This document shows positions 58,252 through 64,000 of a stretch of DNA of 64,000 bases, piece by piece. Made by a program: the position numbers and the translations under genes. The notes beneath the pieces are model-generated. The model saw nothing but the letters and a program-made list of their open reading frames with translations, ran no database searches and was not told where the DNA came from. This stretch comes from an uncultured virus (IMG/VR IMGVR_UViG_3300025162_000048) (Duplodnaviria; Heunggongvirae; Uroviricota; Caudoviricetes): IMG/VR virus record IMGVR_UViG_3300025162_000048. The stretch is one strand, 5' to 3'. The first letter of the stretch is position 1; every line of letters begins with the position of its first letter.

Positions 58252-59283
58252 TTAAAGTCCTATTACATCAAGTTTTATAGCCGCACTTTGTTGCATTTCA
58301 TCGGCTTTTTTTATATAAAGTGAGGTTGTAGTGATTTTTTTATGGTTTAATAAATCTTGGATTTCCCCGATAGGAACTCCTTTTTTATGAAGCAAAGTAG
58401 CCAGAGTAGCCCTACAACTATGAGGACTAATTCTTTTTTCAATCTTAGCTTCCTTTATAAGTTTTTGAAGAAGTCTGGCAACACTACTTCTGCCAAGTTT
58501 ATTTCTTTTAGAAGTGTTTTGTGCTCTGGTAAATAAGAAATCGTCTCTGCTGGCCTTCATTCGAAACTTTTCAATATATTCTTGTAGGACTTGGACAGTA
58601 TGAGGATGAATAATAGGAGAATGACATTCCCCACCTTTTACCCTCATGTGCAGTCGTGTGTATTCTGGCTGGATTTCAATATCACCGATGCGAAGTTCAC
58701 AAAGCTCATCAACCCTCATTCCTACTGATAAAAGAGTTGAAATAATTGCATAATTCATTGCATTTGACCTATAGGATCTATCAGTTTGAGCCTTTTCTTC
58801 CATCTTGTTCTTCGCTAATGCCAGCACTTCTTTGACTTCATTCTCGGAGAGTGCATTGGTTTTTCCTTCTTGTTTCACTCGAGGTAATTCAACCAATCTT
58901 GCCGGGTTTTTCTGGATTAAGCCTCTCTTTAAAGCGAACTCTAGACACGAAGACAAAGCACACATTGTCCTAGCAATACTGGAATTGACTGTGTGTTTTC
59001 GATTACCTTCATGGATAAAATGACGGTTACCCAATTCTTCTCGCCAAAGTAAAATCATTTTTTCATTAACTTGGCTTATCTCGGTTATGGTGATATGCAT
59101 ACTTTTAATAAATTTGAAAAACTCTCTTAAGTCCCTTGCATAATTAGTTCGAGTGTTTTCACAACGTAAACTCATCAAAAAATGAAAAACCACATCTTCA
59201 ATCTGAGCCGAACAATCCTGTTTAATCCATTCCTGCCAAGACAAAGATGGTGATTGATTCAATACCTGTTCGACTAAATACAT
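58252..59283 (-). CDS. XerC/D-like tyrosine recombinase
   Basis: Full catalytic set GMRVDEL, VKGG, HSCR, LNH, TSLY; N-terminal core-binding domain (NTRTNYARDL). Confidence 0.92.
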   Translation of the reverse strand: MYLVEQVLNQSPSLSWQEWIKQDCSAQIEDVVFHFLMSLRCENTRTNYARDLREFFKFIKSMHITITEISQVNEKMILLWREELGNRHFIHEGNRKHTVNSSIARTMCALSSCLEFALKRGLIQKNPARLVELPRVKQEGKTNALSENEVKEVLALAKNKMEEKAQTDRSYRSNAMNYAIISTLLSVGMRVDELCELRIGDIEIQPEYTRLHMRVKGGECHSPIIHPHTVQVLQEYIEKFRMKASRDDFLFTRAQNTSKRNKLGRSSVARLLQKLIKEAKIEKRISPHSCRATLATLLHKKGVPIGEIQDLLNHKKITTTSLYIKKADEMQQSAAIKLDVIGL

Positions 59284-59287
59284 AATC

Positions 59288-59536
59288 TCAGCCCTCCTCT
59301 ATAACCGTGATAAAAGAATTAATATCCATTGAACTATTCTTCTTTAACCATAACAGTGAGCCTAAAATTGCCAGCTTCAAAGAACTAATATTGGTGCGAG
59401 AATAAACTGGCATTCCCATCGGTCCACGCAAAGGCTTAAAATTCACATAGCAAAGCTTAGCCGCATAAGAAAAGCCTTCAGAATGAATATGAATAATTGG
59501 TTTATCATTATGCATGATGGTCACTATTGCTGTCAT
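59288..59536 (-). CDS. hypothetical protein
   Basis: Coupled to recombinase; start uncertain. Confidence 0.5.
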   Translation of the reverse strand: MTAIVTIMHNDKPIIHIHSEGFSYAAKLCYVNFKPLRGPMGMPVYSRTNISSLKLAILGSLLWLKKNSSMDINSFITVIEEG

Positions 59537-59882
59537 TTCTTGTTGCTTCCCGTGTTGATAAAGCTGTCACTATGGTAAAAAGGAATATTATCACTTCTAT
59601 CAGTCCAGCAACAGCTTTGGATAAATCCTTTTCTCCCTTTAAGCCTAAAAGAAACTGATAAGCTTTTGCAAACTCATCCACTACGGACTGCTTAACCAAG
59701 ACTTCTTCTTTATTTTTTTTCTCTTCACCTGCGTCAACATCATCACCATCACGGCCTAACAATGCTAGCTTGGCTCTCCAAAGCCGTCCAACCTCTGGGT
59801 CTTGGCTTGCAAAACCACCACCACGGCCAATCAGTTCATCTAATTTTTCAATGATTATTTCTTTTTCATTCTTGTAGTGCAT
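59508..59882 (-). CDS. hypothetical protein with C-terminal hydrophobic segment
   Basis: GAGGAG RBS; first gene after sigma-28-like promoter. Confidence 0.6.
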   Translation of the reverse strand: MHYKNEKEIIIEKLDELIGRGGGFASQDPEVGRLWRAKLALLGRDGDDVDAGEEKKNKEEVLVKQSVVDEFAKAYQFLLGLKGEKDLSKAVAGLIEVIIFLFTIVTALSTREATRNDSNSDHHA

Positions 59883-59912
59883 AGTAGGACTCCTCTTATA
59901 CTGCCTACTATA

Positions 59913-59941
59913 CTTATCGCAGGAACTTCAATTTCCTTGAG
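59913..59941 (-). promoter_or_regulatory. sigma-28-type promoter of recombinase operon
   Basis: CTCAAG-N14-TGCGATAAG. Confidence 0.55.
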
Positions 59942-60275
59942 CCTTTTTTTTCACTAGGACCGACTTCGTTTTTTTTGTAACAGCCTTTTTTACTTTTTTA
60001 ATGTTTTGGCTTTTTTTCAGTTTTTCTATAGAGATAATTCCATCCTCGGCAATAGAATGAACATCCCGTCTCGGAATTTCGAATATTGCACTGGGTGGAC
60101 ATTGCTTTAGGTATGCCCTGTTAACCAGCTCAATATCTTCACGGTAAAAAGCAAACGAACCGTAATCCGTACAGGTATAACATGCGGCTTGAACCCTAAC
60201 TACGGCACCTTCTTTTAAAAAAACACAATAAAACTTAGGACTTGGCTCAACGAGCCTTAAATTTGGTGTTTCCAT
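59928..60275 (-). CDS. hypothetical protein with Lys-rich tail
   Basis: 115-aa ORF, AGGGGG RBS. Confidence 0.6.
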   Translation of the reverse strand: METPNLRLVEPSPKFYCVFLKEGAVVRVQAACYTCTDYGSFAFYREDIELVNRAYLKQCPPSAIFEIPRRDVHSIAEDGIISIEKLKKSQNIKKVKKAVTKKTKSVLVKKKAQGN

Positions 60276-60333
60276 ATGTGTCGATCCCCCTATCTGGATC
60301 GTAACAGTCTAGGTAGGGATAGTCTACTTGGGC

Positions 60334-60837
60334 TTAAATGATACGTTTTAAGGGATTGTCGCCAATCATGTCAGTATAAGCAAGCATTTTTCTGATGACG
60401 GTCGGATTTGGAGAGAATTTATCTGAAGAAATAATTTTCGAGACTAAAAGCCAATCGTGTTCCATGATCCCTTTGGCCACCGCAACACCTGCCGAACGAC
60501 TCACTCCTCCCTTACAGTGAATGATCATAGGTTTATCAATCCACTTATTAAAAAAATTATAGAGATTTTCTGCATCGTCATTGGAAATTAAAACCCGTGA
60601 AGGATGAAGACAAGACTCAATGACATCGGAAAAACATAAATCCAAAACTTCAAGATATTTTTGTTTGACTTCACCAGATAAAGGAGATTCAGACACATCC
60701 CTTATTGAGATTAAAGGATATTTTTCTTTTGGAATCCATTGCTCTACCTGTATTCGACTTAAAATTAAAGTTCCCAAAGATGCAATCTCTTCGTCACTCT
60801 CATAAATAGTCATCAGTCCTTCAGTATCAATTTTCAC
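60334..60837 (-). CDS. protein tyrosine/dual-specificity phosphatase
   Basis: HCKGGVSRS (CX5R), FSD acid loop, PN motif; GGAGG RBS. Confidence 0.85.
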   Translation of the reverse strand: MKIDTEGLMTIYESDEEIASLGTLILSRIQVEQWIPKEKYPLISIRDVSESPLSGEVKQKYLEVLDLCFSDVIESCLHPSRVLISNDDAENLYNFFNKWIDKPMIIHCKGGVSRSAGVAVAKGIMEHDWLLVSKIISSDKFSPNPTVIRKMLAYTDMIGDNPLKRII

Positions 60838-60851
60838 GAGTTAATCCTCCC

Positions 60852-60880
60852 CTTAAGTTTTTCCAAATCCGTCCGAAAAG
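60852..60880 (+). promoter_or_regulatory. sigma-28-type promoter
   Basis: CTTAAG-N14-TCCGAAAAG upstream of the RBS of 60922. Confidence 0.5.
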
Positions 60881-60921
60881 CTAAGTGTGTGTGAGCATAG
60901 AAGAAGAGGAGAAAAAAATAT

Positions 60922-61230
60922 ATGTATCAACTTTATTACGCTAAAGTAAATAAGAAATATTTCCTTTTTTTATTTACACTAGGCATATTCGAATCCTGTA
61001 TCACATGGCAAATGCGCATCACGCTTTTACTTCTCAGTCTTTTTTATACTCTTGACCTCATAGCAATCATAGCGTCTTTCGGCAAAATTACAAGCGTCTG
61101 GCATTGTAAGGCTGGCAATCTTTGGTTTGAAAATAATCTTTACACTCTTGCCGCAAATAAAGATAAACAATGGAATATTTTGATCGTTAAATCTACATTC
61201 CAGACATTCTTTTTGCCCGAAGTGATTTAA
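60922..61230 (+). CDS. small membrane protein
   Basis: GAGGAG RBS; two hydrophobic stretches. Confidence 0.5.
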   Translation: MYQLYYAKVNKKYFLFLFTLGIFESCITWQMRITLLLLSLFYTLDLIAIIASFGKITSVWHCKAGNLWFENNLYTLAANKDKQWNILIVKSTFQTFFLPEVI

Positions 61231-61642
61231 GTAAGGATGACATTGGCCTCGGTTCTGTCTTGGCTGTTACCATTGCGGGATTCACCACTGCTGGGACCGA
61301 CGCTTTGACATGCTGATCTCGCTGGTTCTCAATGTCTGCCAATTCTTTTTGAACAGCTGGCATTTCCTGCTCTGGGATTCTCCGTGATGCCAAAGCTTGC
61401 TGTATCCGCTTTGCGCGATTGTGAAGTGACGTTGCGGCTCTGCGGTGATCGTCTGGTGAGTTAAGATGAGGATTATTTTCAAATCCTGGATAAATTACCT
61501 TACCTGTCGGCGTGCCCTGATAAAGATTATGTTCACCTGTCCATCCAATAACACCCTTTTTCTGCGCTTGTGTCTTAACATCAGGATGAAGTTCTTCCGA
61601 ATACCAATTGTAGTTCGGATTAACGTAAAATTTTGTAGCCAC
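61193..61642 (-). CDS. hypothetical protein, possibly head-internal
   Basis: GTG start after GGAGG; C-terminal LLKS motif. Confidence 0.55.
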   Translation of the reverse strand: MATKFYVNPNYNWYSEELHPDVKTQAQKKGVIGWTGEHNLYQGTPTGKVIYPGFENNPHLNSPDDHRRAATSLHNRAKRIQQALASRRIPEQEMPAVQKELADIENQRDQHVKASVPAVVNPAMVTAKTEPRPMSSLLKSLRAKRMSGM

Positions 61643-61724
61643 GTTGAACCTCCCGATATAAGGGCAATAAAAAGGTCAAAATAGCCATCATACTAAATAA
61701 AATTGACCATAAAAATATAACCAT
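61620..61724 (-). CDS. 34-aa single-TM peptide
   Basis: Not in track: AAGGAG then MVIFLWSILFSMMAILTFLLPLYREVQRGYKILR. Confidence 0.4.
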   Translation of the reverse strand: MVIFLWSILFSMMAILTFLLPLYREVQRGYKILR

Positions 61725-61833
61725 ACCATACTCCTTAAAAGTCGTACCTTTATATTATATGAGGAATAACCTGTGCAATCATATTTTCTTCTAAAAGACT
61801 AAAGGCACTGAACAGCCAGTCAAGTACCCAGAA

Positions 61834-62382
61834 TCAGATAATCAAAATATCACTCGGAAGGACTTCAAAGCCACGAAAGACTGTAAACCATCCATCATGT
61901 TCTCGCCGCTCCACAAAAACAAAACCATCACCAATGAAATCCCAGTAACTAGATTGCCATGTTAACAAATCTGAGTTTCTTTGGATTTTTGCTAAATAAG
62001 GTTCTTGGATTTCCCGGTAAAAAATCTTATTTTCCTCATCAATTCTAAAGCCAGTATGGATTGCATCATCAATGACCGTTTGGAAATTCTCATCAAAAGG
62101 AAAGCTATCCAATTCTTCCAATATCAAAAACGATCTCTCTCCATCCATGACTCGTAACCTTAATTCTCCTTCACGTTCAGCCGATTGAAGGAGATAATCA
62201 ACATGAGTGAACGCTTTTGGTCCAATCTCTCTGATATAAAGCAAAATATCCTTCACATGAAAATGCATTCCACTATAGGCAGGAACGTTTATATCAATGA
62301 AATGTTCCCCAGTTAAATTTAAAGGATTACTGGCTAAGTTAGGCTTTCTTTCGTGTAAATATTCCCAAAGAGTCTGTTTCAT
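61834..62382 (-). CDS. hypothetical protein
   Basis: 182 aa, ATGA-coupled to upstream gene. Confidence 0.6.
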   Translation of the reverse strand: MKQTLWEYLHERKPNLASNPLNLTGEHFIDINVPAYSGMHFHVKDILLYIREIGPKAFTHVDYLLQSAEREGELRLRVMDGERSFLILEELDSFPFDENFQTVIDDAIHTGFRIDEENKIFYREIQEPYLAKIQRNSDLLTWQSSYWDFIGDGFVFVERREHDGWFTVFRGFEVLPSDILII

Positions 62383-63194
62383 GCCGTGTAGTCCTTCTTT
62401 CTATAAAATACGAACCATACCAATAAACTTCCAGCCAAGACTGCCAGAATCGTTCCAGCAATCCAATTTCCAGTATTTGATGTGTCTTCTTGCGCAGCAG
62501 GAACTGGAGTCGGTGTAATAGTCGCGGTTGGAGTCGGACTTGGAGTAGCATCGACATACATTAAATCTCTCTGCATACCTGGCGGAACATAATTTGGATC
62601 TTTCGGATAGTTCTTAAGGCTATTCATCTCGGCTGCCAATTGTGCATTCTGATTTACAAGTTCACGATAACGATCATCATCAATTTGGTCCCGATGATTG
62701 TGTATCCAAATGGCTTGATCATGAGCTGACCTGTCCGCTAACCACATCCAAAAATATGGATTCCAACTGTCATGGTAAACATGCCTAACCACGATCGGCC
62801 TGGAATAATAAGTCCTGTAAACCGTTTGCGACCGGACGGTTCTGTCTGGCAAAACGACAACAGAACGGCTTGGCTGAATAGGCTTTGGAGCTTGGACCGC
62901 TTTGTATTGGCTGTAAGAGGCCGCACTTTGATTGCTACGCGCTGCATTCCTCGCCGCACTATCAAAGGTACTGCTTGGCCTAGATGCTGCTGCTGGGGCG
63001 CTAAAGGAGGGCTTAGACGGTGCTGAATAGGAACGTCCACTACTACTGGAAGAAAAGCTGCTCCTGCCAGACGAAAAGGATGATGAATGACCACCAGAAG
63101 AGAAACTGTGTCCTCCTCCACTGGAAAAACCGCCTTTTCCGAACGCTAAGGCTTGAGTAAATATCATCAAAAATATGACCAGAAAACGCCGCAT
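62379..63194 (-). CDS. exported Gly/Ser-rich protein with C-terminal TM anchor
   Basis: Signal peptide MRRFLVIFLMIFTQALA after AGGAG, GGFSSGGGHS repeats, PT linker, TM helix plus RKK. Confidence 0.7.
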   Translation of the reverse strand: MRRFLVIFLMIFTQALAFGKGGFSSGGGHSFSSGGHSSSFSSGRSSFSSSSSGRSYSAPSKPSFSAPAAASRPSSTFDSAARNAARSNQSAASYSQYKAVQAPKPIQPSRSVVVLPDRTVRSQTVYRTYYSRPIVVRHVYHDSWNPYFWMWLADRSAHDQAIWIHNHRDQIDDDRYRELVNQNAQLAAEMNSLKNYPKDPNYVPPGMQRDLMYVDATPSPTPTATITPTPVPAAQEDTSNTGNWIAGTILAVLAGSLLVWFVFYRKKDYTA

Positions 63195-63256
63195 AGAATT
63201 TTCTCCTATAAAAAAAGAATAAATAGACTTCAATGTTATCTGATGTTAAATAAATA

Positions 63257-63285
63257 CTCAAGCTTTTCCAGTACGGTTCGATAAG
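63257..63285 (+). promoter_or_regulatory. sigma-28-type promoter
   Basis: CTCAAG-N14-TTCGATAAG upstream of AGGAGG RBS of 63326. Confidence 0.55.
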
Positions 63286-63325
63286 TTTTTTGTAAGCAAT
63301 GAGAGTTTTTTAGGAGGAAAATATC

Positions 63326-63577
63326 ATGGAAATAAAAGGCGTAATCATCAAACCAAATAAAGACACAACATCTTTTTTTATCGCTTCTGGATTTAAACTG
63401 GAACAAGTAAAAAAACTGTTAAATCAATATTCTGTAAAATTCGAGGACAAAGGAATAACCAAGCTTGTCTATGAAGAGGCTGACGAATTCGAAGGTTTCA
63501 TCTCCGCGACTCACCTTTTGGCCACCAGTACTCTCCCAATCGAATTTATCCAAGACTTATTTCTCCTCTTCCCTTGA
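63326..63577 (+). CDS. hypothetical protein
   Basis: AGGAGG RBS. Confidence 0.6.
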   Translation: MEIKGVIIKPNKDTTSFFIASGFKLEQVKKLLNQYSVKFEDKGITKLVYEEADEFEGFISATHLLATSTLPIEFIQDLFLLFP

Positions 63578-63626
63578 TTCGCACTTGATGTTATGCATTC
63601 CCTCACTTTGATGAGGAAGATTTCTA

Positions 63627-64000
63627 ATGCCAAAATTTATTGCTCCAACCGACGAAGAAGTAATCGCCTGTGCCGAAACTGGCTTATCCATGAATCAAAC
63701 CTGCCGCAAACTCGGATTGACTTCCATCGGCTGGCTTACCAAATATCTCAAACAGCCAGGGAAAGAAAAACTCCACGCGAGGTTTATTCAGAATGGAAAG
63801 AAAAGACAAGAAAATTATCAACTTTGTGGATATTCACAACCCACTGAAATCTATTTTCCACACTGTTACACTCCTTTACCTGATGGATATAAAGTCATTT
63901 GGAGCGAAGTAACTGAAAAATATCTAGGAATAAATAAAGAAAAAAATATTGAAAGTCCTATTTTCAGTTCACGCTTCGCTGCTAGAAATTGGTGTTTTTT
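63627..64000 (+). CDS. HTH-like protein, partial (runs off window end)
   Basis: Not in track: GAGGA then MPKFIAPTDEEVIACAETGLSMNQTCRKLGLTSIGWLTKYLK..., open to 64000. Confidence 0.6.
   Translation, partial: MPKFIAPTDEEVIACAETGLSMNQTCRKLGLTSIGWLTKYLKQPGKEKLHARFIQNGKKRQENYQLCGYSQPTEIYFPHCYTPLPDGYKVIWSEVTEKYLGINKEKNIESPIFSSRFAARNWCF

Noticed and set aside
60300..60375. Pistol ribozyme (UUAAGCCCAAG on minus strand)
   Set aside because: No upstream hairpin loop able to form the required pseudoknot
52882..63251. dif-like sites for the Xer-like recombinase (TTATGTTAA-like arms at 52899, 54747, 63241)
   Set aside because: No matching left arm at 6-bp spacing; the 54729-54757 near-palindrome has a 7-bp spacer and overlaps an RBS/start
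63593..63847. Track ORF 63593..63847
   Set aside because: An overlapping frame from 63627 has an RBS, an HTH-like sequence and stays open to the window end
1..64000. Stop-codon reassignment; tRNA or rRNA genes
   Set aside because: Long genes are intact in the standard code and TAA, TAG and TGA all end genes; no cloverleaf or rRNA-like sequence noticed by eye

Overview
The whole window reads as part of a large contractile-tailed (myovirus-like) phage or phage-plasmid genome in the standard genetic code. Bases ~1.2-49.7 kb are a minus-strand virion module. In transcription order it encodes tape measure, baseplate hub, spike, wedge proteins (including a 2641-aa baseplate J-like protein), several fibre/decoration proteins, an intein-containing large terminase, portal and a MuF-like head protein. 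No major capsid, sheath or tube gene was recognised. Bases ~49.8-64 kb are accessory/early genes: a Dam-type methyltransferase, a cassette of exported proteins with two tandem MACPF-like lipoproteins, an intact Xer-like tyrosine recombinase and a CX5R phosphatase. Most notable: (1) a ~470-nt densely base-paired segment with several loop-loop complementarities just downstream of the recombinase, preceded by a sigma-28-like promoter (candidate large ncRNA); (2) equally spaced sigma-28/FliA-type promoter motifs in front of accessory genes; (3) the MACPF-like pair. All calls are by eye from motifs and gene context; no searches or folding programs were run.
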